Virus record (IMG/VR): IMGVR_UViG_3300009509_000003
Source of the DNA: an uncultured virus (IMG/VR IMGVR_UViG_3300009509_000003)
Lineage: Duplodnaviria; Heunggongvirae; Uroviricota; Caudoviricetes
Reading direction: 5' to 3' (one strand)
DNA: 64,000 nucleotides
Position numbers and translations under genes: made by a program. Each line of letters opens with the position of its first letter. Position 1 is the stretch's first letter. A model generated the notes under the pieces. It made no database searches and was not told the origin of the DNA. It saw only the letters and a list, made by a program, of their open reading frames with translations. Positions 54,530 through 63,339 of this stretch are shown here, one piece after another.

Positions 54530-54626
54530 CTCCAAGGGCAACTAGAAGGCTCTCGCTGGGAGCGTGGTACGAGACATCGAGAACTGGGCACCCCGCCTTT
54601 CAGCTCAGACAGTCGAAGCACTGCTC

Positions 54627-54848
54627 CTACCTTCGCTCGAAGCCTTCGATCTCGCGCTCGAATTCGAGGTTCGAGTCAACGTGCAGAACGCCATCATGAT
54701 CCTTCACCTTCGCTCGAAGCGCCATGATCGCATTGTCCGCCTCTTCAATCGCGAGCACTACCGCGTTGGGCAGCTCCATCGCCTTGTTCTCTTCAAGGAG
54801 GTTCGCCGCGAACACCGCAGCCCATATACTCTTCTCGAAGTCAACCAT
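54627..54848 (-). CDS. Hypothetical protein
   Basis: 73 aa ORF. Confidence 0.5.
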   Translation of the reverse strand: MVDFEKSIWAAVFAANLLEENKAMELPNAVVLAIEEADNAIMALRAKVKDHDGVLHVDSNLEFEREIEGFERR

Positions 54849-54863
54849 GGAGTTTTCCCACCC

Positions 54864-55100
54864 CTAGATATCGCTATGAGGTCGGGTCCACTTATACTGC
54901 TGACTGTAGCCCTGGACCGTCTCTTCATCGGCGCGACTTCCAACACTTACCACCGTCCACTCTTCCCACGGGTCGCGCTTGCGCTTCTTCAGTCGGACCA
55001 GTTGACCTACCTTGGCCACGCGCTCCGGAATCCAGCTCGTAGTCAACGTGCCATTAGGCTTCTCGAGGTTGCACTGCCTGTAGAACTTAGTTCCCGACAT
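54864..55100 (-). CDS. Hypothetical protein
   Basis: GGAG RBS; promoter at 55171-55200. Confidence 0.55.
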   Translation of the reverse strand: MSGTKFYRQCNLEKPNGTLTTSWIPERVAKVGQLVRLKKRKRDPWEEWTVVSVGSRADEETVQGYSQQYKWTRPHSDI

Positions 55101-55187
55101 GGCGCTCCATCTCCCGCTCAAGTTGGGCAAGCCGCGTGTCGATCACGGCTCACCTCTCGAACTATAGGCGTACCACATAGGCAAGGC

Positions 55188-55844
55188 TTAGTCAATAGCA
55201 AAGGGTATAGGGGAGCTTTCCAATTCCAACGCCGCTCGCAAAGACGCCTCTATCGACCAGCCTTGTTTGTAGATGGATCGGACCAGTTCAACACAAACAC
55301 CAGCTTCTTGGGCTCTACGGGCTAACTCTTGCGCCAGGGAGGGTTTAGGGGATTTGGTTTTTCGGCCTCGAAGTGGCAGTGAACGTCGAGGTCTTTTGCA
55401 CACAGGGCGTGTCAAGGCCTCTTCATCAGACCACCCTTTCCAAACCCGGTCCTTCAAGGTGCTACGATTTATCTCCAGTTCTTCGGCCCATTCGGCAAGC
55501 GTCTGCGTCTTCCCATCGAGTGTCATACAGCGAACAGTCTTTCCTTCAGGTCGACGATTGCGCTGTTGTTCCTTCGGCGTGCTCCATTTCACATTACCAG
55601 GCTCGTAATTCCCATCGTTATCTATTCGATCTATCGAATACCCCGGGCCTGGCTTTCTTCCCACATCCTTGAGGAAGGCAAAGAAGTTTTCTCTCCACTC
55701 CTCGCACATCTCAATACCGCGCTCGCCATAATCAGGGTACTTATGAGCCTTCGGGTTATGACAACGATATTTTGCATCGATCCACGCTCGATACTCGGCC
55801 GGATAGTCTCGGGAAGGCGCTACTTTCCTCTTTCCTCGCGGCAT
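55188..55844 (-). CDS. Phage HNH-type endonuclease
   Basis: YGERGIEMC..SIDRIDNDGNYEPGNVKW. Confidence 0.85.
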   Translation of the reverse strand: MPRGKRKVAPSRDYPAEYRAWIDAKYRCHNPKAHKYPDYGERGIEMCEEWRENFFAFLKDVGRKPGPGYSIDRIDNDGNYEPGNVKWSTPKEQQRNRRPEGKTVRCMTLDGKTQTLAEWAEELEINRSTLKDRVWKGWSDEEALTRPVCKRPRRSLPLRGRKTKSPKPSLAQELARRAQEAGVCVELVRSIYKQGWSIEASLRAALELESSPIPFAID

Positions 55845-55853
55845 GTTGTTGGA

Positions 55854-55910
55854 ATTATAGTAATATGAGTCGTGTGTGTCAATAGCACAGTTAGCGACCG
55901 TCGGTCGCTA
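55854..55910 (-). promoter_or_regulatory. Consensus sigma70 promoter with palindromic operator
   Basis: TTGACA-17nt-TATAAT; TAGCGACCGTCGGTCGCTA. Confidence 0.75.
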
Positions 55911-56288
55911 GCGTGGCGGGCGGTACATCGTGCGAGAGGTTCGGTAGTCCTTGTTGCGGCCCTTGTTCTCAACGAAGCCGTGGGCCTTGTAGAAGCTCTT
56001 CAGACGAGCCACCGATGAAGCGCCGAAGTCCTTCGACGGCGTGCACGTGATGGTGATGGCGTGCTGGTCGGCGATCTTCGTCAGCTTCTTCATGAAAGCC
56101 GAGCCCTCACCCATCCCTCGAGACTCTTTCGGAACGACGATCTCGGACAGCTCCCAGCGGTCTTCCCCTTCAGGGTCGATCCAGATCTTCCATCCCTTGG
56201 CCCGATACTCTGACACGAGAGCAGAGAATGGACCTGCCGCTTCTTTTAGAGACCGGCGCCGCTCCTCGGTGAACAGAGTTTTCCTCAT
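55908..56288 (-). CDS. GNAT-family acetyltransferase with shared leader peptide
   Basis: IVVPKESRGMGEGS, RLKSFYKAHGF. Confidence 0.8.
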   Translation of the reverse strand: MRKTLFTEERRRSLKEAAGPFSALVSEYRAKGWKIWIDPEGEDRWELSEIVVPKESRGMGEGSAFMKKLTKIADQHAITITCTPSKDFGASSVARLKSFYKAHGFVENKGRNKDYRTSRTMYRPPR

Positions 56289-56301
56289 GTCTCAACGCCT
56301 T

Positions 56302-56937
56302 TCACACGTAGAAGGTTCGATGCTTCGTCGGGCAAGTGTCGGCCTTGTTGGACGAAGGTTGGTAGTAGCCAAGGGCCGCGGCGAAGATCGGCCCCTTGTA
56401 ACCGGCTCGTCTCATCGTAAGAGCTGCCGCCTTCATCGTAGCGCCCGTGGTAAAGATGTCGTCGACGATGAGCACTCCCTCTTTCGCCGTCTCTCCAACG
56501 AACCCCATCGAGGCGAGGTGCTGATCGAGCGTCGTACCAGCCTGAACCCCGCCTTTCCGGCGCCTCATCCGGCTCGATTCGATGGATTTGATCCGCTTCA
56601 CCATGTCAACGGCCTTCACCCCAACGCCCTTCCGGACAAGAGATTTCGCGAGCACCATGTTAGACGGGCGATCGGCAGTCGATCTCGGCGTTGCTGCCAC
56701 CCAACCCTTGAACCCTCGAAGCCCGGGATGCTTTGCCAGCTCAGAGGCAGCCTTCTCTATCGACCTCTTATCCCCGTCCTTCACGTCTTGGATGAGGTCT
56801 TGGATGTCGTCGCAGTCGGGGTCTACTCCTCGATGCTTCGAGCGGGACAGGTAGACCAGAGACGAATAGACGGGAACTCGGAACGACCTCTCCTGTAGCT
56901 CTCGGCGCTGGGCCTCCGTGAACAGAGTTTTCCTCAC
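56302..56937 (-). CDS. Phosphoribosyltransferase (ComF-like) with shared leader peptide
   Basis: VLIVDDIFTTGATM. Confidence 0.8.
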   Translation of the reverse strand: MRKTLFTEAQRRELQERSFRVPVYSSLVYLSRSKHRGVDPDCDDIQDLIQDVKDGDKRSIEKAASELAKHPGLRGFKGWVAATPRSTADRPSNMVLAKSLVRKGVGVKAVDMVKRIKSIESSRMRRRKGGVQAGTTLDQHLASMGFVGETAKEGVLIVDDIFTTGATMKAAALTMRRAGYKGPIFAAALGYYQPSSNKADTCPTKHRTFYV

Positions 56938-57194
56938 ACTAGTCTCCGGAAGTGCACAATCCTGCTCTCTCTGAAACGTTTCGTCTGGATGAGGTTCTCA
57001 TCGGCCAGATCGAACAAAGCCTTCTTCACTTCAGCCAAAGACAGCTTCGTTGCCTTGACAACATCGCGAATTACAAACCACTTTCCAACCGTGAGAGCCT
57101 TCAGGATCTTCCGCTCTGTCTTTGAAAGCCTGATCTTCGCGCTCATCTCTCGCAGCGCGCCCCGCTGCTCTTCCGTGAACAAAGTTTTCTTCAT
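56934..57194 (-). CDS. Winged-HTH protein with shared leader peptide
   Basis: LSKTERKILKAL..VKKALFDLADENLI. Confidence 0.65.
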   Translation of the reverse strand: MKKTLFTEEQRGALREMSAKIRLSKTERKILKALTVGKWFVIRDVVKATKLSLAEVKKALFDLADENLIQTKRFRESRIVHFRRLV

Positions 57195-57559
57195 GACTCT
57201 CGACCCTTCCATTTGATCGTGCCAGCAGTGACCGCGGCTTTGAGCTGTCGACGAACCTCCCCTTCAATCGATAGCACGTTCTTGCCTTCGAGGTACATCT
57301 TGACACTGAGATCGCCGAGCGCGATACGCACCTCATCAGGAATATCCCACTCATCTTGGACATCAACCCACAGAGCGTCTCCTTCGATATCGAGCCTAAC
57401 GTCCGGACAGGGCGGTCTTATCTCCTCCAACTCCAGCTCAACGGTAATGTCTTCAGACTCAGAGTGGGCTCGCCGACCCTCGAGAAGGGCAAGCGCCTCT
57501 GTGGTGTGGCCCTGTCTCAGAAGGGCGAGGGCTCGATCACACCGGCTGCAACGAGTCAT
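57191..57559 (-). CDS. Hypothetical protein
   Basis: Coupled ORF. Confidence 0.55.
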   Translation of the reverse strand: MTRCSRCDRALALLRQGHTTEALALLEGRRAHSESEDITVELELEEIRPPCPDVRLDIEGDALWVDVQDEWDIPDEVRIALGDLSVKMYLEGKNVLSIEGEVRRQLKAAVTAGTIKWKGRES

Positions 57560-57569
57560 GGAAGCTTTC

Positions 57570-57827
57570 TCATTCCCCCTCAGCATCGGCGTCGACGACC
57601 TCTTCCGTGGTGTCGGGCTGTACGTCGGAGGCAGCGTCGGCGGCGTCAGAGTGTGCGTCGTCGACCGCGTCTGCGGTGTCAACAACGTCGTTGGCAACGT
57701 CGATGTTGGCGTCCCCGCTGACATCGGGGGCAACGTTGGCGGCAGCATCGGCAGCGTCAGCGTCGTCCTTGTCGCAGGAGACGACCCAAGCCAGCATGGC
57801 GATCATCACATAAGTCAAGAACCTCAT
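57570..57827 (-). CDS. Acidic lipoprotein
   Basis: Signal peptide ending VVSC, then Asp/Ala-rich repeats. Confidence 0.7.
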   Translation of the reverse strand: MRFLTYVMIAMLAWVVSCDKDDADAADAAANVAPDVSGDANIDVANDVVDTADAVDDAHSDAADAASDVQPDTTEEVVDADAEGE

Positions 57828-58166
57828 TCCGATCCTCCTTTATGATGACGTTGTTGTACCACAGAAGGAGAGGAGTTTTCTATCTCGGCTTCTTTTTGCA
57901 GCCTGTCGCAAGTATCGCAGGACCCACGGAACTGCTCCCATGAGAAAATGAGGATCTGGCCGCAGGCGCACTTCTTCGCTTTTGTGATCGTAACGCTTTG
58001 ACCCATACCAGCTCCCTGGTTCTCCAGTCCGAAAACTTCTCAACGAGCTGGTTGACTAGCAGCTCTCGGATCAGCCATTGGGCTTTGTCTGCGTTCATCC
58101 CACCCTCCACGCGACAACCAGAACGACGGTGAGGCACCTCATCGGCACCGCGCGCTCGGGTCGAGC

Positions 58167-58508
58167 CTACCTCTCAGTCGGCTCTACGATGGGGTTCTTT
58201 GGGTCTCCAGGCCATCGCCAATAGATGCCGCCGGCAGGTTGTCCGTGCGCGTGAACGATTGACGTGTGATCCCTCTCGATCTGTCGACCGTAAGGATCCT
58301 GCTTCGCCTCGTCCAGACTCACCCACACCGCGTTGAGGCACGGCATGAAGAGCGCCTTTCCGCTGGGGTAGTGCTCCGACTCACACACTTGCGCATCGCC
58401 GAACACTGCCGTTACCAGCGCGTTGATGTCCCTGCCGTGTTCGTCTGTGAAGACGATGGCATCGCCAACGTGTGGCTGCCTGACCTGATACCCATCGAAC
58501 TGTTCCAT
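58167..58508 (-). CDS. Hypothetical protein
   Basis: AGGAG RBS. Confidence 0.6.
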   Translation of the reverse strand: MEQFDGYQVRQPHVGDAIVFTDEHGRDINALVTAVFGDAQVCESEHYPSGKALFMPCLNAVWVSLDEAKQDPYGRQIERDHTSIVHAHGQPAGGIYWRWPGDPKNPIVEPTER

Positions 58509-58571
58509 CTCGAACTCCTTCCCGCGGCCTTGTTGCCGCGTGGAAGGCGGGATACCTTTGTTGTAGCCGAT

Positions 58572-59090
58572 TCAATCAGAGTTTTCCATTCGCTTCTGCC
58601 GTAGCTGTTCTTTGCGCGCACGCTTCCGCTCTCGATAACGGCGCTGCTTCTCACCCTTGCGTTTCTTTTGCTCTTCGGTCAACGGAGGCTTCTTCTTCGG
58701 GGCGTACTTCTCGACTAGGCCGCACAGCTCCTCGCACTGCTCGATGGTGAACCGGCCGATATGGGCCTCTTCTGTGGTGAGATTCATCATGGCCTGCATC
58801 CACTTGTACGCCCCTCGCCTGTCGATGACCTTCGTTGGCTGCTTCCACAACATATCAAAGGCGTCGTGGGCCTTCATGCGGGCCTGCTTCGTCTCTTTCG
58901 AGGCGGGGATGCCTAGGGGTGTTCCGTCCGGGTGCGCGCCGTGAGCGCCGGGACAGCGCGTCCTAGGCCACTCTGTGCAGCCGTAGAAGAGCCCGTACTT
59001 CGACTCTTTCAGAATGAGTCGGCCATCGCAGCCGGGCTCGGGGCAGAGAAGGTTGTGCACCTCCCCCGGATAATCCCCAGCACGTATCAT
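58572..59090 (-). CDS. Topoisomerase-type zinc ribbon / DUF3268-like protein
   Basis: CPEPGC..FYGCTEWP..GAHPDGTPLG..AHDAFD..HIGRF. Confidence 0.75.
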   Translation of the reverse strand: MIRAGDYPGEVHNLLCPEPGCDGRLILKESKYGLFYGCTEWPRTRCPGAHGAHPDGTPLGIPASKETKQARMKAHDAFDMLWKQPTKVIDRRGAYKWMQAMMNLTTEEAHIGRFTIEQCEELCGLVEKYAPKKKPPLTEEQKKRKGEKQRRYRERKRARKEQLRQKRMENSD

Positions 59091-59351
59091 CAGAGTTTTC
59101 CGTCCTCTATCCCGTCCGGTGGTACGAGATTGGGCTCGGCGATGTCGATGTCGGTTCGTCTGAATCGAAACAAGAGCGTGTCGAGTACGCCGTTGACATT
59201 TCGAGCCTTCACCTCGAAGTAATCCTCCGGTCCGAAGTCCCAAAGTAGGTCCGGCCTTGCTTTGTGAAGCAGTTGTACCAGTTCTAGCGTGTCCAACTCG
59301 ATCTCAAGGTCTTTGTTCATGTCTCTCCCCGGCGTTCTGTATGGCATCGAG

Positions 59352-59687
59352 TCACTCGTTTGTGATGGCTTTCGGATCGAGCACCGCGTATCGCGTGGGC
59401 GAGACATAGCCATGCGTCTTCGTCCAGTCTCGTTGCTCCGATCGCCATGTTCCAGTTCCCGGTGCAGGTCCAAAATAGGTCGCCCGGGGCTTGCCTTCCT
59501 CGTAGTATTTGATCGTCAGGACTTGGTCGCCAGACGGCGTCTTCTTGTCAGGGGCGCCTGCGGACGATTTGACCGCCACCCCGACCTCGTGATGCACTTC
59601 TTCGATCTCCACTGCTCCGGCTTCGATCCAATCGGCCAACGCTCGCAGTTGATTGATGGCGATCTGCTTCTTCTCTTCGTCAGTCAT
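59352..59687 (-). CDS. Hypothetical protein
   Basis: GAGGAG RBS. Confidence 0.5.
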   Translation of the reverse strand: MTDEEKKQIAINQLRALADWIEAGAVEIEEVHHEVGVAVKSSAGAPDKKTPSGDQVLTIKYYEEGKPRATYFGPAPGTGTWRSEQRDWTKTHGYVSPTRYAVLDPKAITNE

Positions 59688-59749
59688 GAGAGTTTTCTCC
59701 TCATCCTCACCACAGCAAAGCCTACCATGCCGATACCAAACACCCATCA

Positions 59750-59968
59750 CTAGCACCGGCCGAAGTCAGGATCGGGCGCCGGCCACTCCCCCTGTGCTTG
59801 CCCGCACTCGAGGCAGATGGCCGGCTCCACATAGTCGCCACCACACACAGCACGCACTCCGGGCGCGTATCCGTCCGTCTCTTTCCCTTTGAACGCAGCA
59901 CAACAAAGATCAGAACACTTTGCGCTGATCTCGATGATTCTGTCACTCCCACATCGTTGGCAATCCAT
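59750..59968 (-). CDS. Small zinc-binding protein
   Basis: CQRCG..CLECGQ; promoter at 59993-60023. Confidence 0.6.
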   Translation of the reverse strand: MDCQRCGSDRIIEISAKCSDLCCAAFKGKETDGYAPGVRAVCGGDYVEPAICLECGQAQGEWPAPDPDFGRC

Positions 59969-60063
59969 ACGACCTCCTACGAGCCCTTGTCATACCACAT
60001 AGCGCTGCAGGAAGTCAAGAGCAAACAGGTGCGACCGGCGGTCGCTGTCAGTAGGTTGGTAGA

Positions 60064-60462
60064 CTACTCTTTGTCGAAGCCTTCGACGTTGCGAGCCTCA
60101 CGATCGCGCTTCCGAGACTCTAGCCAGTGCAGCGCCTCTTCGAGCTTCGTGATGGCGAGGGAGTTTTCCCGGCAGGGGAACTTCTTGTTGAACGTTTGAA
60201 GGGTTCCGAGCACGAACACGATGAGGTCATCGATCTGGCAGCCGTTGACTCCGACTTCTTTGATCGGTCCGCGCTGCCCGATGAACAAGACGGAGCCAGG
60301 ATTCACCACGATGTAGGGAGCCATCAGCTCTTGACCGCCGACACCGCCGAACTCTAGATGCTCCTTCGGCGTGTCCGCGTAAGGATAGGCTCGGTCCCTC
60401 GGATTGACTCCTTCGGGGGCTAAAAGCATAGGGGGATTCTTGACGTTCTCTGACCAACGCAT
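60064..60462 (-). CDS. Tad1/Acb2-family cyclic-nucleotide sponge (anti-defence)
   Basis: QRGPIKE..NG..DDLI..FPCRENSLAITKLEEALHWL..R..DREARNVEG. Confidence 0.75.
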   Translation of the reverse strand: MRWSENVKNPPMLLAPEGVNPRDRAYPYADTPKEHLEFGGVGGQELMAPYIVVNPGSVLFIGQRGPIKEVGVNGCQIDDLIVFVLGTLQTFNKKFPCRENSLAITKLEEALHWLESRKRDREARNVEGFDKE

Positions 60463-60506
60463 GATGCTGTCCTTTCCCGGGTCATTTTGGCCCGCTGAGG
60501 ACGATG

Positions 60507-60848
60507 CTACTGGAGGCTGGGGAAGTTTGCAAGAGCGTCGAAGTAGGGACCGCCCACGACTTGAATGCTCATCTCGGCCCGCGTCTTCACGGGCTCGAAG
60601 TAAATGTCCCGGACTTTGGGAGTCACTGGCGCGATCAGTCCTCCCGTTCGATGCAAATGGCCTCGGGGATGATCTTGCTCCCTCGTGCCGTGATCGTACA
60701 ACCACCGAGGATCGATCTCGAAGTAGTCGGACAGGCGCTGCCAGAACTCGCTCGTCTGCGCCTGGAGGCACCCCCAGTACTCCTCGTGGCCGGTATACAG
60801 CTCTTCCAGCTCTTTGATGATCGCCGCCGGGGCCTTGACTATGAGCAT
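60507..60848 (-). CDS. Hypothetical protein
   Basis: 113 aa ORF. Confidence 0.55.
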   Translation of the reverse strand: MLIVKAPAAIIKELEELYTGHEEYWGCLQAQTSEFWQRLSDYFEIDPRWLYDHGTREQDHPRGHLHRTGGLIAPVTPKVRDIYFEPVKTRAEMSIQVVGGPYFDALANFPSLQ

Positions 60849-60857
60849 CTTCGTCCC

Positions 60858-61295
60858 TTACAGCATGATCTTCGGGTCGGCTGAATCGACCTGATTGAAG
60901 TCCTCGACCGAGGTCACGACGGCGTATCGGAAAACTACCCCCTCCAACGCGATCTCGCTCGACATGGCGTCCGTCCGCCCGACCCGCTGACCTCCCAGCT
61001 CGATGCCTACGCCAAAGGGCAGGTAGTCCGGGTCGCCGATCTGCATACGCGCTCGTCGCCACTTCGTACCCTCCTGGTCGAAGAGGCGCACGTCGACCTC
61101 AGTAGCCTCTCCGATGAGCGAGATGAGCGTTCGCTGCCCGTGCTCGATGGCTCGCCATATCTCAAAGCCTCTCGGTGTCAGCGCCGACACGCAACAGGGG
61201 ACCGTCAGCGGTGTTGATCTGCCGGGCACGTGAAAGTCTACCAAAAAGCGATAGACCCGAAGCCAGTTCTGTTGTCCATCAATTGCCTTTGCCAT
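60858..61295 (-). CDS. Hypothetical protein
   Basis: GGAGGAG RBS. Confidence 0.55.
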   Translation of the reverse strand: MAKAIDGQQNWLRVYRFLVDFHVPGRSTPLTVPCCVSALTPRGFEIWRAIEHGQRTLISLIGEATEVDVRLFDQEGTKWRRARMQIGDPDYLPFGVGIELGGQRVGRTDAMSSEIALEGVVFRYAVVTSVEDFNQVDSADPKIML

Positions 61296-61764
61296 CTTCT
61301 CCTCCAGAGTTTTCCAGTATCTGTACAGCCCTCTCCACGTCGGCGTCGGTGAGCCCCACCTGCACATCGGTCTGGACGAAGTGCCCCTCGATGTTAGCGT
61401 CCGAGTCATCGTCGAGGATGACGTAGGAAGTGACTTCCGGATGTCCCTTGAGCCACACTTCGATTTCTTCCCAGCGCTCTACACCAGCCGAATAGGGCGT
61501 CTGCCCGTAAAGCACGCTGTTGAACCCTCGGATGTCGAGCATCCTCTGAAGCGCGACAGTCGGGAAGCCCATCCGCCATGACGACGAGATCACGACCTTC
61601 GCGCCCGTGCGATCGACCAATGTGTTGAGGCGGGCCACTGCTTTGTCGTCAAGCCCATACGCCCACCACTCGGTGGACATGTTTTTGTACTTCTCATGGT
61701 CCAGCGTCAGTGTGTACGCTGTTGAGTTCAGTACGCCATCGAAATCGAGAAACACGATCTTCAT
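61279..61764 (-). CDS. HAD-domain protein (Swiss-Army-knife RNA-repair type)
   Basis: FLDFDGVLN, VVISSSWR, YVILDD. Confidence 0.85.
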   Translation of the reverse strand: MKIVFLDFDGVLNSTAYTLTLDHEKYKNMSTEWWAYGLDDKAVARLNTLVDRTGAKVVISSSWRMGFPTVALQRMLDIRGFNSVLYGQTPYSAGVERWEEIEVWLKGHPEVTSYVILDDDSDANIEGHFVQTDVQVGLTDADVERAVQILENSGGEDGKGN

Positions 61765-62054
61765 TGAATTTCTCCAAGAATAGTATAGCGGATATCACCA
61801 CGAGCAGGCCCACGAGCACCATGTAGACGATCGCGCTCACCCAGTCGTTCCTCGCCAGCCATCCAGGCCTCATGGAAGTTTTCTCGCCTTGTTCAACGCG
61901 GCTAACCTGGCCCATTCCTTTATCTCCGTGGCGTAGAGAAGTCCGTTCGGGTTCACGCGTATCTGCTTACTCGGTCCGAGCCGTACCGGCAAATGGAGCT
62001 GCGGGTCGCCCTCTTCAGCGATCATCCACACTCCCGGCCCGATGAGCACCTGTC

Positions 62055-62414
62055 TCATCCCGCCCAATGCCGCCAGACCTCCTCCAACTCAGTGCGCGAG
62101 ACCTCGTAGGGTTCCCCGTCTTCGTCCTCTTTCCGCTCCACCACTTCCTTTGCCTGCAGCTCCGTCGTCGGCACCTTCGGCACCTTGCGGATGGTCACGA
62201 CATCGCTAGTACCGTCCCCTCGTGCCTTCAGGTTGAAGTCGAACTCGGGCACGCCGTCCTTCATCACGTAGTCGTTGTCGATGCCCTCGCGCATACGCTG
62301 CCCGTTGAAGTAGACCTCGACCCCGCGCGGGAAGAGGTAGTGGCGCAGTCGGATCGCTAGCCACGCCATGAAAAGCAAGTTGAAGATGATCAGTCCCAGA
62401 AGTAAGTTTTCCAT
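62055..62414 (-). CDS. Membrane-anchored hypothetical protein
   Basis: N-terminal TM; VYFNGQRMREG..DY. Confidence 0.55.
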   Translation of the reverse strand: MENLLLGLIIFNLLFMAWLAIRLRHYLFPRGVEVYFNGQRMREGIDNDYVMKDGVPEFDFNLKARGDGTSDVVTIRKVPKVPTTELQAKEVVERKEDEDGEPYEVSRTELEEVWRHWAG

Positions 62415-62604
62415 CGTCACTTCTTTCTCAGAGCCGAGACAATCCAGTAGCCGGACATACCGTGAAGAACCATCATCAGCGATCCGATGTACCACACCGG
62501 CTTGTCCTCTATAGGCTCCGGCGTTACCATTCCAAATCGCACCATCGTAAGAGATACCCATCCCAACAAAAACAAGGATAGGAACGCCCATCGGTAATAA
62601 ACCT

Positions 62605-62976
62605 TCATGGCCTCACCTCGAATATCAGCTCTAGGATTTCCGCCGCCGCCTTGTTCCGCGTTTCATAGTCCTCGATGCCATAGCGATCGTGGAGCAGCAT
62701 CGCCACGTTGGCCTGATAGGCGATGAACAGGCCCTTATCGCACTTGAGAGTGTTGGCCATGTAACGCCGACACTCCGCGAAAGTAGGCGTGATGGGGATG
62801 TGAGCGCGGGCCTGGAGAAGCTCTCTCAGCCCGTTCACGAGGTCTTCGTCCGTCAGCACCTCTCGGCCCTTCCAGAAGATCTTCCCGTCGTCGTCCAGCC
62901 GAAGAATAGACACCATCGGCTCAACGCTCGTCTGGAAGTCGATGCACCACGACCCGTCAGAAGTTTTCTCGTCCAT
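62605..62976 (-). CDS. Hypothetical protein
   Basis: YQANVAMLLHD. Confidence 0.55.
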   Translation of the reverse strand: MDEKTSDGSWCIDFQTSVEPMVSILRLDDDGKIFWKGREVLTDEDLVNGLRELLQARAHIPITPTFAECRRYMANTLKCDKGLFIAYQANVAMLLHDRYGIEDYETRNKAAAEILELIFEVRP

Positions 62977-63096
62977 CGTCCTCACTCCACCAACAGCTTC
63001 ACGATCATATAAGCTGTGTAACAAACGATCGCCGTTACGATGATCGTCGCGCATCCCCAATTCGTGGGGAAGGGCAACCGCGCACGGATCAGATCG

Positions 63097-63339
63097 TTAG
63101 ACTTTCTCTCTGGCAGGTCGGTCGGCATTGTCCCTCTCTCGTACCAGCTCGCGGATCGCCTTCGCGATGCTCGAATGATATCGCGCCAGCTTCTCCACCT
63201 GCTTCTCCGTGTCGACGGTGATGATCGAGTCGATCTTATCGTCGGTATAAGTAGTCACTCCCAGCGTGCCGCGAAAGTCGCCTATCACGGCGTGCCGGCG
63301 TCCGGAAAACTTCACCGTCTTTTGTCGCCTCTTCGACAT
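63097..63339 (-). CDS. Hypothetical protein
   Basis: Coupled ORF. Confidence 0.5.
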   Translation of the reverse strand: MSKRRQKTVKFSGRRHAVIGDFRGTLGVTTYTDDKIDSIITVDTEKQVEKLARYHSSIAKAIRELVRERDNADRPAREKV

